Shown piece by piece: positions 40,101 to 48,100 of a stretch of DNA of 64,000 nucleotides. Within the stretch, counting starts at the first letter, position 1; the number at the start of each line of letters is the position of its first letter. A program made the translations under genes and the position numbers. The notes beneath the pieces were generated by a model. It was not told the DNA's origin, did not search any database, and saw nothing but the letters and a program-made list of their open reading frames with translations. Source of the stretch: a virus; IMG/VR virus record IMGVR_UViG_3300029812_000326, positions 1 through 64,000 of that record; one strand, given 5' to 3'.

Positions 40101-41980
40101 CTATCCATGATTATATAAAACCCTGGTGGCATAGTTTTCTCTTATCAACGAATCCAGTTGCATCGGCGATTAAACTTGGATTTGCTGGTGGAGTATCTGC
40201 AGGCCCCCCCGGTGCCGCAGTTGGTTTGGGTGCGGGATTATTATATGGTGCTGGAAGAAGTGTCGCTGGTCCAGGAACTTGGGTTCCGAAAGAGGTCAGA
40301 AAAACCCGAGAAATCGATGAATATTTTGATGCTTTGGAATATATAAAAAATCGTCAATTATATGAACAAACCGGCGACCCGGAATATCTTAAGCGATCAA
40401 GAGAAACAATTTATGGTGTCACTCCTATGAGCACACCAGCCGAATTTTATAGATCGGTTCCGTATATGGAACGTCCATTTTTCTGGTCATTTGCTTCCAT
40501 ACAGGATAAAATTCAACAGGATAGAATTAAACAGCGGATTTCGCCAACCATGAGAAAACTTTTGGAGCACTATTGGTCTGGAGAGAAAAAATTTACTAAT
40601 CCAATGATAGAGGATTATAATCCAAATTTCCGAATGCCAGCGGAGGATTGGATGGGATGGAGAGAGGATATTCCATTGGAGGATATACAACTTAAAACTG
40701 TCAAAATGGAAGGGCTAGATTGTTTCATTCCTACGCAAAAATTATTGACACTAAATGGTCCAATCGAAATACAAAATGTTGAGATGGACACTGAATTAGT
40801 GAATGCCCAGGGAAAGTTGAAAACCCCAATCTGTATATTCAGAAAATTTTATAAAGGCGAAATGATTAAATTAGATTTTAAAGGAACGTATTTTGATTTA
40901 ACCGGAACAAAAACTCACGAATTGGAGATAGCCAAAAAATGCAGAAAATTTGTATTTAAAAAACAAAAACTTCAAGATGTGCGGAAATACAATAGATTAA
41001 AATTATATGGCTATAATTTCCCAGAAACATGCAAAAAATTCGATGATATTAAAATTTCGAAAGATTTAGGATTTATTCTTGGCTGGTTTTTGGCTGAAGG
41101 AAGTTATGTATATAATCCCCTAAATAAACAACCAAAAGGAATTGTATTTTCATTAAATATATTGGAAAATGATATTGCAAAAAAACTTCAAAGTAAAATT
41201 AATAAAATATTTGGTTGTAATGTTTCAATCCACGAACGAACATCTTCAACTTCTGGAAATCCATATTTGCAAGTTACATCATTTTCTGTCAAAATGGCGA
41301 GATTTATATATAAGTTAATCAATCCCAACGCAAAAACGAAATATCTACATCCAATTGTATTCAAATTTCCAATTCCGATTCTCGAGGAAATAATTCGTCA
41401 ATGGTTCAATGGTGATGGATGGAAAACAAACAAAGAGGTTTGTGTTTGTACCGCAAGCGAGAAATTGGCAATTCAGGGGTGGTATATAATGCGATCCTGT
41501 GGGATGGAAGCCGCGATACAAAAAGCAAAGCAATATGGATACAAACCAGGATTTAATTACAGAATCAGGATTGGTCGTAAAAAGGACAAGGAAATATTTT
41601 ATTCCAATTGGAAATATGTTCCATGGACCACATTGACGGTATCAAAAATATATCATGTTAATTATGAAGGCGATATTTATGATGTAGAAATGCCGAATAA
41701 TCATTATTATACAACAATTTGTGGAACTGTTCATAATTCCCATGATTTTGGATTGGGATGGAAACCTCAAGAATTAAGAATGCATAATTCTCCATATGCG
41801 GTCAAACCGATAGACATTTCCAGTCCTTCTGGAATATCCTATGGTCACGAAAATTTAGAATCGGCTGATGTAAAAAATTTTGTTCAAAACATTTTGCAAA
41901 GATATGGTATAACAAATACAAATGTAGCTGTTACAAAATCTCAGGGCAGTGGCGCGACCATATCATTAAATATTAATTAA
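31133..41980 (+). CDS. Giant virion protein in the tape-measure position; four inteins and a Cas4/RecB-like domain (2009 aa after predicted splicing)
   Basis: Follows tail chaperones; Gly-zipper hydrophobic segments; four C...HN intein blocks; EGHVD..QIK..SQLNF motif. Confidence 0.7.
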   Translation: MYSDHFYEQRENLDYRDRQLPNPLKTIGAGAFSLLAFIVIRGAALRGSSAASKSLARNLPRVLRSVAAPKTWIKSYKNLRAAAIRSSRAEAKQFGILSPKDIGIAATVKEVPLIQRARAKFTTIFAKQIEARRQYYYRDLGLREKELYAALKEGYHPRALDQRLKALKTFMKPDGAFSARFMAAAGKWGERYAKMIPGFYVADQALGLFEKERPEHPKPAWYNIPGHVAGMVRFGIGFAPIDLAFSGARHLFRYGRAVSARGAQLGVREFPHVREKFAKTVETLHIKGAQWHASISKHWAARRHGAWPSIQELKRSIKERKAPHSMDIVRLYSDIVKDAKIQRKPYFKMEQQLNQILGVLGMRKDPEMLREMSKDTEIKKAFHEVLGKFERRPKQTFIEYALKTPERPADWAPRRLSTTSYIKRYAKEAQWDPETTNNVLKLLGGKELYYGKNILRKGNFSMFNASFTAGKVIDVMGKWKLPFINWHPFERMMITGIPKIGIPSKGSAFRILDEKQSALMAEAAIDADLNITRSPQLKIGEYFMRIGDHVFRFSPEKLIKRISGHWKVGVDTITAGERRYFQGMVESQTDYEHTGWLGHLRQKFELGRSPHFIGRRLKEYIIQDFNPESPHVLMHEKGKFAGMLERLQGDKIFSPREQKEFINYSRAIGRHLYGSEQNALELFHNNQGLRGKVLDILGGADAKKAKKILNDVNIDKVIDDLSMFDYALPEIYSQRTVQEVRRALHDVQNLVGADREFLLRSRATVVGQASNLSVQDYLMGQYFKKTLENYSKVGKITEDMYDKIFKSIDDAIVSKSEKSKAKSLFASMKINRPMSEHLNVYSDQEVINSLDTVGHLKDIISPNENLLRDVFKLDYRSLRESAKINRFMRDTLIPLEIRGYMGPINEIWRIQGHGVPSAPKDLFGAAPGFGDMITSSFNKFFRISDSATQINYEPYITKQSMLLHRWAIRPFNMTLGWIGLDLQYRSNAEFMKKFAMKRALAIPAAIYGYRAIDTFLTVNPLLNHTIFDDGLTSAGAQIIGKANVARAEVFDTLGITDKAQYLEGLMPGSMESPAAKLFRAAALPILGRKFGGGPGLMIGLGASAATGFGLPDLTRSADELRDVYSGRKLVPHRSGRYWETCVTHCPIMTYNGIKYPEEIIVGDKIKTFDGSVGKILAKSERKLIPNETVYNIKTSLPFKVELTGNHELYILRNDELRWIPTENIMTTDLLAIPFHKRTYKRKNLWLPNILDCSKIWTEGEILYPMQFKSCWSKSTKNGIPASIPLTREFGRLIGYYLGDGNVFNNVGKAYGIEFCFDKHEIYYAEDVQNIIHEIFGLKCTIRRKGSGYIIVRCLNTLVGQLFETIFTRKKIVPEFIYNISNSDFHRGIIEGLWESDGSVDKTGTNIQLSLVNPNIILYAFEQLLRLGIIPTFRKSETNYESLKKLNPIKKQYGETYHLYIPSKYRVKFWKNIHIKKEKKSPKPKQSKIKDTCLVDDKYYYISILDKQTIQYDDLVYDFMVDHNFSYCGPTCTYHNSKLSYFGGRIRYFEPSWYTKIVSQYKYTDAALGTKLESLLYTGPLSVLTDPYHFEREHFFDRPYPTTAGLFSDVPVIGSIADMTIGRLLKPQVMMHEDELEAAQMGFDVESKNRILPGYNKNTMPPLHEARPGYFAPRHTIPSVSMKGMLGDSFYRLTEAAGLRGFMTQAILGREGIGQYAPVYDDASAITSFGHQFWDAEIGGGIMCFDGSTLISTTNGYKKICDIKPEMQIVNLSGIYKIKNKFKRIPNDDDEMYEISVNSHPNKIKVTGNHKVLAHRTKCHWKSEKSHRPNNNGICPYCNKKFVEHLKEIRVCDLRLGDFLITPIPIGQNEYIIDFAKYMPIFTDDFVYSQGSKEFFEIYERLQLDGNLQYSDFHDQRYYDAKKSTGNHKKWIRYLQLNEDLCYLIGWWIAEGCIQKSTMHLIMHKDEIGVAHKLGNIAKRLLGIENYYIRSNGENCISLYFSHRPFVNFLKAEFGYGSHNKYISHDIKQMKNEYVSALLKGLMEGDGWENESKGGFTTVSQQLLLDMIELFAKLGKLPHAYSYYEISKNGEYPQGGKRKPTLRYYLKYNKNTRGRFHNFIFNNKLYKKITKIEQIDCPRFLYDLEIEDVHQYQANGIIAHNSEAWRRLYPRERFKNLVNPIRNLAPNWLPEEFKTGDPYCIGLESLIDTENGLIKAKDVSVNDRLKTHDGSYRRIMAEKIRNLKQNEFAYEFRITGLPAIPSTIFSEDHPILGLKNYEIKQIHNRKYGQKYYRKMRNAKCYNLKKLPHPKWIKTKDLNPGDYVAYPIPQYEEKNIIIDMAKYTKFKYTDRWIYPKHCHPEIYEYFLSNPCPYNIQQLAIEFNVEGSTLDAIRDHIKAKRYAIRYPRYIEFDEDLAALCGYYAAEGWAGNNGEIGFALHVKEKSTIVKYLDHIFKKFINRSGEIYQYERNGNGIDYRIGSGYLADFLGQIGHEAHEKHIPKEFFHLHKSYLIPLIKAYFEGDGCYFSDGKRARFSAKSVSLQLLYDIRNILLSWGIISNINYDPGGRTSKIGNQIIHAGISYSLNINSENALKLAKLFQIKLKCNSKMLHSYSFIYDGYLCMRVNNKQKVSCDQVIGFEIENDSFCVLGIATHNTHIKGGLILLPSRAHEKMYHVKHNFPIDLEYFGYEPGEAAGRLLKLIRPEREEEYHYSFIKELIQKQLLMNRQLLSKDVPLFNPWSKIEGHVDAIIMNQSGIPELMQIKATTAEKLGFMQQPKPAHVSQLNFAMRQMKKRYGQILYVASDNPELSKSFYIEYNSERFRNDMSRINEARELASDMLLKGIGQVGESYSYPDRLQILANVSPWAPEYKKVLKQCRLLKSHGLLDEEDQVKVDEARRQHDAIMRKFDFYPHRFSHGKWLTPDPTYNLMSQNENIKTAAKYNIIERLMGAAYERLLEFDIPVVHSKLLPYYTPEQMYERQIGGSFSGQWSRPIHDYIKPWWHSFLLSTNPVASAIKLGFAGGVSAGPPGAAVGLGAGLLYGAGRSVAGPGTWVPKEVRKTREIDEYFDALEYIKNRQLYEQTGDPEYLKRSRETIYGVTPMSTPAEFYRSVPYMERPFFWSFASIQDKIQQDRIKQRISPTMRKLLEHYWSGEKKFTNPMIEDYNPNFRMPAEDWMGWREDIPLEDIQLKTVKMEGLDCFIPTQKLLTLNGPIEIQNVEMDTELVNAQGKLKTPICIFRKFYKGEMIKLDFKGTYFDLTGTKTHELEIAKKCRKFVFKKQKLQDVRKYNRLKLYGYNFPETCKKFDDIKISKDLGFILGWFLAEGSYVYNPLNKQPKGIVFSLNILENDIAKKLQSKINKIFGCNVSIHERTSSTSGNPYLQVTSFSVKMARFIYKLINPNAKTKYLHPIVFKFPIPILEEIIRQWFNGDGWKTNKEVCVCTASEKLAIQGWYIMRSCGMEAAIQKAKQYGYKPGFNYRIRIGRKKDKEIFYSNWKYVPWTTLTVSKIYHVNYEGDIYDVEMPNNHYYTTICGTVHNSHDFGLGWKPQELRMHNSPYAVKPIDISSPSGISYGHENLESADVKNFVQNILQRYGITNTNVAVTKSQGSGATISLNIN
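34553..35737 (+). mobile_element. Intein 1 with LAGLIDADG endonuclease (395 aa)
   Basis: WET|CVTH start, LTGNH block B, LIGYYLGDG and EGLWESDG, TYHN|S end. Confidence 0.88.
36359..37612 (+). mobile_element. Intein 2 with LAGLIDADG endonuclease (418 aa)
   Basis: GIM|CFDG start, VTGNH, LIGWWIAEG and KGLMEGDG, IAHN|S end. Confidence 0.9.
37727..39088 (+). mobile_element. Intein 3 with LAGLIDADG endonuclease (454 aa)
   Basis: DPY|CIGL start, SEDHP, LCGYYAAEG and KAYFEGDG, ATHN|T end. Confidence 0.88.
40721..41737 (+). mobile_element. Intein 4 with LAGLIDADG endonuclease (339 aa)
   Basis: GLD|CFIP start, TKTHE, LGWFLAEG and WFNGDG, TVHN|S end. Confidence 0.88.
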
Positions 41981-41982
41981 TC

Positions 41983-44900
41983 ATGCCAATTATTTACGAT
42001 CAGGAAGAGAATCAATTTCGCGATAGATTCGGATATTTATTTCCAACTGTTTTATTAGGTGGTGGGTTCATGGCCTGGAAAAAATATTATGGATCTCCAC
42101 AACTTGGAAGGAAATTTTCACCCCGCGCATTCATAGGGTTTGTCAAAGATCTAAGCTCCCAAGATTATTTAAGAAAATATCTTACAAGGCCGGATAAGCC
42201 AGAGCTTCCTCTTCAGCACAGACTAGTAGAAACTGCGGTAGAATATGAGAAAAGTAAATCGGTAATAGAATTTCTTACCGATGCTGATCTGAAAACTGTT
42301 CGTGAAATTGGTAAAGCCTTGCCAACTCCAATTAAAGTGGAAGAAATTGAATTTAAACGTCAGGTAATTAGACAATTCAATCCAGTAACCTATGATTTGG
42401 TAAGGAATAATTTAGAAAAGACACAAGAAGTATTTAATGAATTGCTCGAAAATGTTGAAGATTCTAAACATTTACAAAGTATTCTTAAACAACAACTTGA
42501 GCGATATAGATTTAGAAAATCCCATTTGCTTATATATTCGAAATTTTCAGAAATTATTAGTCCAGAAATGCTGAAAAGCGAAGCTGAGCAGACGGTTTTA
42601 ATGAGACAACTATGGGATACGCAAAAGAAACAAACTCAGGAAGCCAGAAGACTTGCACAAATACTTCAAAGAGAATCCCCGGAAACTATAGTAAATTTGA
42701 AAATTCCAAAAGTTTTAGAACGCGTTGATCCCGCCATTCTGATAGATGAAAGACGAGCGAGACTTCAGCCTGCTGGCAAAACAATCAATGATTCAGGTAT
42801 TAAATTGTCTTATACAGGTTATAAATCATTTCTTCAAACGCTCAGAAGAGCAAGAGTTGATTCCAAAGCTATTGCTGCAATTGAAACAATTGATCCAATA
42901 CTAAAGCAGCATTTAAATGAGCTTGCTCATACAAAAGCCCGAATTACATATGCATTACAAGATAATGCTTTTAATTTGCGAGCTGTAATCAAATTGTCTA
43001 TTCAAGTCAAAGAAGAAGGCAAAAGAGAAACCATTAACTTGAAGATCCCGCTCACTCGTGGTGGAAGATTAAGAGTCAATGGAACGCGTTGGATTCCTCA
43101 AAGATATAAAGGCATCAAACCACTCATTCCTGAAATAGAACGAATTGAATCTGATATTTATGAATCGATGATCCGTAATTTGAATAAAAGATTTAAGAAT
43201 GAAGTTTGGCATAGAATAATGGCTGGAGATGCCCGAGGTGGAGAACGAGCCATCAATACTTTAATTAAAGAGCCGATTGATGAAAGATTAATCATGGAGG
43301 TTGGATGTCCAGTACATGATTTCATTGAACAAAATGTAATTCAGGATGCTAAGCTTGGCTATTTATCTCCTACTCGCGGATTTAAAAATGAAGATGAAAG
43401 ACGTGCTGTGAGTGACCGATTTAAAAAAATGCAGAAACTTAAATTACTTCTGATGGAAGGCGATGGAAAATTAAAATTACCAAATAGGTATGCATTTATA
43501 GATTTTGAAACATTTGGAACAAAAACGAATTACCTGCCGCATCAGGTAACCATTGGAATAATTGAAAATGGCGCAGTTGTTGATTGGTATACAGGAAAAG
43601 TTGATCCTCGAAGTATTAATGCCAATTATGCTTTCCCGGAAATTGATTTGAAACTTTCATTCAAAGGAAAAACAAGAGAGCAGGTTATGAAAGAATTTGA
43701 TGAAATGGGGCAACCCATTAGTAAAATTCGAAAAGAGTTGGAGGATTTCCTGCGGAAAAATGCCAAAGGAGGAAAGCTTCCGGTTGCGGCTTGGAGTGCT
43801 AGTTTTGATGTGGATAGGGTAATGGGCCAGCAATTCTTAGGAGCCAAAGCCTATTTGGGAGAAACCTGGGATCCGATGGATCTCCAAAAAGCTATTGATC
43901 CAGATGTCCAAGCTTCAGTTTCTCTTAGATCTGTTGGACAATCGCGGAAAATTTTCATTCCGACATCTTCAAAGAAAGATTTGACTCTTAATAAGAAAGT
44001 TATTGAATCATTTAAAAAAGATCATAAACTAATGGCTATTTTGAAAGACAAAGATCCTGGATTTTATAGCAAATTGGCAAAAGCGATTTCTGAAAAACAA
44101 ATACGAAATCTAGTGATGCATGAAGCATCAATTGATGTACTTATGGCAAATAAAGTTTTTCAAGACATTGCGAAGGATATTAATTTACATTCTTCGGTAG
44201 TGATGCGCGATTTAAATGCAATGTTATTAGCATATCATCGCGCATTAACTCGCTCGATAAATCCAATAGACGTTAATCATTGGACTACCAGAGCATTGGG
44301 ACATAACTTCCCATCTCTTTCTCCTGCTCAGATTTTGCAAGGTAAATTTACGAACTTTGACATCAGAGATTTAGCTCCGCTTACGAATTTGGGCTTGGAT
44401 CCAACAAGACCATTTTATCAGCAATGGAACTCCGCGCGTCTGATTACCACCCATGTTCCTGACTTGGTCACGAAGACATATAAAAAGATCGCGAGTAGGC
44501 GCGGAGAAATTTTCAAATCGATGGATATATTAACAATTTTTAATCCATTAACTGCGGAAAATGCTGGCTTGATAGATTTTCAGGCCGCAGATGAAATGGC
44601 AATTAAAATGGTATCGAAATTGATTAGAATCCCTCACACTGGTAATTTGAAACTCATACCGGAACTCAAGGAGGCGTTTGAGCAGATAAAATCAGCAAAG
44701 ACTCCGAAAGATCGCGAAATTGTATTATCGAAATTGAGGCAGAAAATGGCGAAAGCCTATCAGAAGGGATCCCGGTTTAAAGAATGGCTGCCAGGATATA
44801 CTTTACTTGGAGAAGCGGAAGGATTTACATTTGATACTTCGACTCCATTAATGTCAGCGATTGAAAATATTGAATATAATAATGAAAATAGAGAAATAGC

Positions 44901-47900
44901 TATACGTCTTCAAACTGCCAGTTGTCCTGAAAAATATGGGCATCCAATGAAAATTTTTGCATATCCATATAAAGGAATGTTAACTCCAATAGAAGGATTA
45001 AGATCGATTACTTGGGTTGATGCCGTTCTTCGTAAAGATCTTGCAAAACGCGGCAGAATGTCAGTCATGTTAGGCCAAATTCAAAGATTGACTAGGAATT
45101 TCCAAACCATTCATTCGAAATTAACTCCATCCCAAACATTTCAATTTTTTGAAACAGTTAAAATTTTTGTGAATAAAATAAATTCAATGGGTGGTATTAA
45201 ATTAGATTGGCAAGTCAATAAAGGTAAACTTCAATTTATAGACGAAATAACGGGAAAAGAATGGCAAAAATTGGATCTCGGAAAAATTGAAAAAAATTGG
45301 TTACAATTTTCCGAAGGCGAATGGGTTAGATTTATGAAAGAATATTCCCAAAAAATCCGACATATGATGATTTCATTTGGGATTAAATATTCCAGACATG
45401 ATCCTCGCTTGCCTTATTGGACTCAAGGTCAACTTGAATCGATGCTATCAACTGAATGGGGTAGACGATATCCTAAAAAACTAGCATTTGCTGATTTGTC
45501 CCGAGCTGAACAAAATGTATTTCGGGAAAAAATAGAAGTAGAAATGCACGAACAATTATCAAAAAGTGAATTCTCCAAATTTTTTACAAAAGCAGAATTA
45601 GAACGTTGGAAATCCGGAACTTTAATGGAAGGCCATCTTTCTTTGATTCAACTATTCGGCGGTTCTTGGGGAATATTAGAAGTTACTCCGGCATCTAGAG
45701 CATATGAAGCCGGAGAATTATATGCTAAAGGTGCCGATATAAAAATCCCCAGCTTGGATGAATTAGTTGTGTCCGGACCAATAGCTCAAAGAATTGCTCG
45801 CACATTCACTGGCGAACAGCGCGATATGATGAATTATATGTCAAACATCCAGCCCCTTTTGAGATATGGAATCTTGCCTGAATCTCATTATCCAATTATA
45901 AAAGCCTCAGAAATAAATCTTGATCCTATGACAACTCATTTAGGATTTAAAGAGGAAATTGGAATCATAGAAGATAAATCTTTCAGAATTAAATGCGTTG
46001 AAACTGGGGAAATTTTTAATTCTTTGGAAGAAGTTCCAGACCGCTATTTGAAGCAATATACATTAAGACCCATGGGTATGAATGCATATATGCACCCAAA
46101 AACCTTGGAATCGATGTATGGACAACAACCAACTATAGTTGAATTCAATATAGGGAAAAAGAAGGTTTACCTTCCCAGACCGGCATTATCATTTATCAGA
46201 GGTGCGCCCGCCAGAGTCACGAAAAGCGGAGATCCTTATACCATCATTGGAAAAGAGATTCAAACATTTAAAAATCTATTGATTGCGGCATCAGATTACG
46301 AGAAAATTAAAGGGGACGAAGCAAAAGCCGCATTTGAAAGAAAGTTCTTTTCACGGGCTGAAGACTATAAAAATATGATATTAACGGATAAAAATGCATA
46401 TATAAAAATGACCAAACCAACGATTCCTGGAGTTCAAGGAAAGATTTCCATGGCATTTGCCCCCGGAATGGCTAAAGCGTTGGGATTGCCGCAAGATATG
46501 TTTAGCCATATAACTACAGGATTTGGGATACAGGGAGTATCTGTAAAGTCGATGGGCGAAGAATATTTTAATAAAGCCATGGATGTCCATCAAATAAAGG
46601 AAGGATCGAATGTTGGAAAATATAGAGGCGCCACAGGAATGGTTTATCCGAATAAAATGGCGTTTAGGGAAGCTCTTATTGAAGGTGAAGAATTACTTGC
46701 GGGAACTATTATCAGAACCCCCGCAGAAAACCGATTCGCATTTTTTGATACATTGATCACTGTTAAAAAAGATCAAGCAGCTGGAATGCGCCTCCAACTT
46801 AGAGAAGCATTAGCAACCCACTGTGATTATGATGGGGATATAGGGCGCCTAGTATTTGCCGAGTTTTCTCCCCAGGAGCAGGAGCAAGCTTTGAAAGATC
46901 TCATAAATAAGCAACACGTTGATAGAAAAGCACATGCAACATTAGCTGAAAGGATCAAAAAGCTTCAAGCAAATGTGCTTGAATATGAAACCGGCAAAGA
47001 CGTCGCAACCAAAAAACAGATTGTCAAGGAAATTGAACAAATTCAAGAACTTGAAAAAACAATGAACGTTAATGTCTATGGTCAAGGTATTTGGGTAAGG
47101 GAAGCTAAACCAAAAGCGATTCCAAAAGAAATTAAATTAGGAATTGGCGATGAAATGAGATTTCGAAAAATGAATTTGCATCAGTTTATGAAAGAATTGC
47201 CATCTATTGATCTTCCCGAAAGATTGATCAAATTACCGGGTGAAGAATTGGAACAACATCTTTCCAATATGCTTACGAAAACTGCTACAGCCTACTCGTA
47301 TAGAAAAGCAATGACCATGAGATCAGCAACTAAGCTATTTGGTGGAAAATTAACTGAACAATATTTGGACTTATATAATGAATTGGCCGGAAAAGTTACT
47401 GCATTCAAAAAAGTTCCATATGAAAAAGCTGAGCAAATAACTAGAGCTCTATTGGAACCAGAAGCTGCAGAATCGAAAAAAATTATGGGAGAAGTATTAA
47501 ATAGGGATGCGGAAGAACTTTGGCCACAATTTAAAGAATGGCATTCTGCACTAAATCGTGCCATGATGAGAAAGGAAGTTAATGAATTAATCAGTTCTGG
47601 AATGAAACGCGCCCCTATTACGGGTGGACAGTTGGCATTATGGGGTCCAAGTGCAGAAATCCCTGCTGCAGGAAAGACTCGCGCAATTTTAGACTTTTGG
47701 GGTAAAGAAAAGTTTCTTGATAGCTTTAAACGTCAAGGGAAAAAAGGCGGCATTGCAATTGCGTTGGCCGCGCTTGTCGCTCCGATTTTCCTGTCGCACG
47801 ATAATATATATGATAAAAAAGGATATCCAATAATTCCAACGAATTTCAACGTTGCTCAGCCAATATTCCCAGCCCCTATTCACATAATACCAAACGATCC

Positions 47901-48030
47901 ACCATCGCATCCTATAAGAACATTTAAACCTCAGATTATTGATCCTTTGCTTATTAATTTTGGTTCTGACAACAACTTAACAACAAGAAGGAATAGTGGC
48001 CAATATCCAAATGAATTGAGAAATTACTAG
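41983..48030 (+). CDS. Putative single-chain two-barrel RNA polymerase fused to a DEDDh exonuclease (candidate virion RNAP)
   Basis: IDFET (43501), SFD (43807), HEASID (44119-44136); ENAGLI and MKIFAYPYKG beta-like motifs; IRTP (46714) and HCDYDGD (46819-46839). Confidence 0.7.
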   Translation: MPIIYDQEENQFRDRFGYLFPTVLLGGGFMAWKKYYGSPQLGRKFSPRAFIGFVKDLSSQDYLRKYLTRPDKPELPLQHRLVETAVEYEKSKSVIEFLTDADLKTVREIGKALPTPIKVEEIEFKRQVIRQFNPVTYDLVRNNLEKTQEVFNELLENVEDSKHLQSILKQQLERYRFRKSHLLIYSKFSEIISPEMLKSEAEQTVLMRQLWDTQKKQTQEARRLAQILQRESPETIVNLKIPKVLERVDPAILIDERRARLQPAGKTINDSGIKLSYTGYKSFLQTLRRARVDSKAIAAIETIDPILKQHLNELAHTKARITYALQDNAFNLRAVIKLSIQVKEEGKRETINLKIPLTRGGRLRVNGTRWIPQRYKGIKPLIPEIERIESDIYESMIRNLNKRFKNEVWHRIMAGDARGGERAINTLIKEPIDERLIMEVGCPVHDFIEQNVIQDAKLGYLSPTRGFKNEDERRAVSDRFKKMQKLKLLLMEGDGKLKLPNRYAFIDFETFGTKTNYLPHQVTIGIIENGAVVDWYTGKVDPRSINANYAFPEIDLKLSFKGKTREQVMKEFDEMGQPISKIRKELEDFLRKNAKGGKLPVAAWSASFDVDRVMGQQFLGAKAYLGETWDPMDLQKAIDPDVQASVSLRSVGQSRKIFIPTSSKKDLTLNKKVIESFKKDHKLMAILKDKDPGFYSKLAKAISEKQIRNLVMHEASIDVLMANKVFQDIAKDINLHSSVVMRDLNAMLLAYHRALTRSINPIDVNHWTTRALGHNFPSLSPAQILQGKFTNFDIRDLAPLTNLGLDPTRPFYQQWNSARLITTHVPDLVTKTYKKIASRRGEIFKSMDILTIFNPLTAENAGLIDFQAADEMAIKMVSKLIRIPHTGNLKLIPELKEAFEQIKSAKTPKDREIVLSKLRQKMAKAYQKGSRFKEWLPGYTLLGEAEGFTFDTSTPLMSAIENIEYNNENREIAIRLQTASCPEKYGHPMKIFAYPYKGMLTPIEGLRSITWVDAVLRKDLAKRGRMSVMLGQIQRLTRNFQTIHSKLTPSQTFQFFETVKIFVNKINSMGGIKLDWQVNKGKLQFIDEITGKEWQKLDLGKIEKNWLQFSEGEWVRFMKEYSQKIRHMMISFGIKYSRHDPRLPYWTQGQLESMLSTEWGRRYPKKLAFADLSRAEQNVFREKIEVEMHEQLSKSEFSKFFTKAELERWKSGTLMEGHLSLIQLFGGSWGILEVTPASRAYEAGELYAKGADIKIPSLDELVVSGPIAQRIARTFTGEQRDMMNYMSNIQPLLRYGILPESHYPIIKASEINLDPMTTHLGFKEEIGIIEDKSFRIKCVETGEIFNSLEEVPDRYLKQYTLRPMGMNAYMHPKTLESMYGQQPTIVEFNIGKKKVYLPRPALSFIRGAPARVTKSGDPYTIIGKEIQTFKNLLIAASDYEKIKGDEAKAAFERKFFSRAEDYKNMILTDKNAYIKMTKPTIPGVQGKISMAFAPGMAKALGLPQDMFSHITTGFGIQGVSVKSMGEEYFNKAMDVHQIKEGSNVGKYRGATGMVYPNKMAFREALIEGEELLAGTIIRTPAENRFAFFDTLITVKKDQAAGMRLQLREALATHCDYDGDIGRLVFAEFSPQEQEQALKDLINKQHVDRKAHATLAERIKKLQANVLEYETGKDVATKKQIVKEIEQIQELEKTMNVNVYGQGIWVREAKPKAIPKEIKLGIGDEMRFRKMNLHQFMKELPSIDLPERLIKLPGEELEQHLSNMLTKTATAYSYRKAMTMRSATKLFGGKLTEQYLDLYNELAGKVTAFKKVPYEKAEQITRALLEPEAAESKKIMGEVLNRDAEELWPQFKEWHSALNRAMMRKEVNELISSGMKRAPITGGQLALWGPSAEIPAAGKTRAILDFWGKEKFLDSFKRQGKKGGIAIALAALVAPIFLSHDNIYDKKGYPIIPTNFNVAQPIFPAPIHIIPNDPPSHPIRTFKPQIIDPLLINFGSDNNLTTRRNSGQYPNELRNY

Positions 48031-48032
48031 AA

Positions 48033-48044
48033 TTGAACTATAAC
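48033..48044 (+). promoter_or_regulatory. Motif TTGAACTATAAC, copy 4
   Basis: Exact 12-mer, 2 nt after the stop of 41983-48030. Confidence 0.55.
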
Positions 48045-48100
48045 AATATTGAGATGATACATAGAAAAACAAAAGGAAAAGAAATCATAGGAGAATAAAT

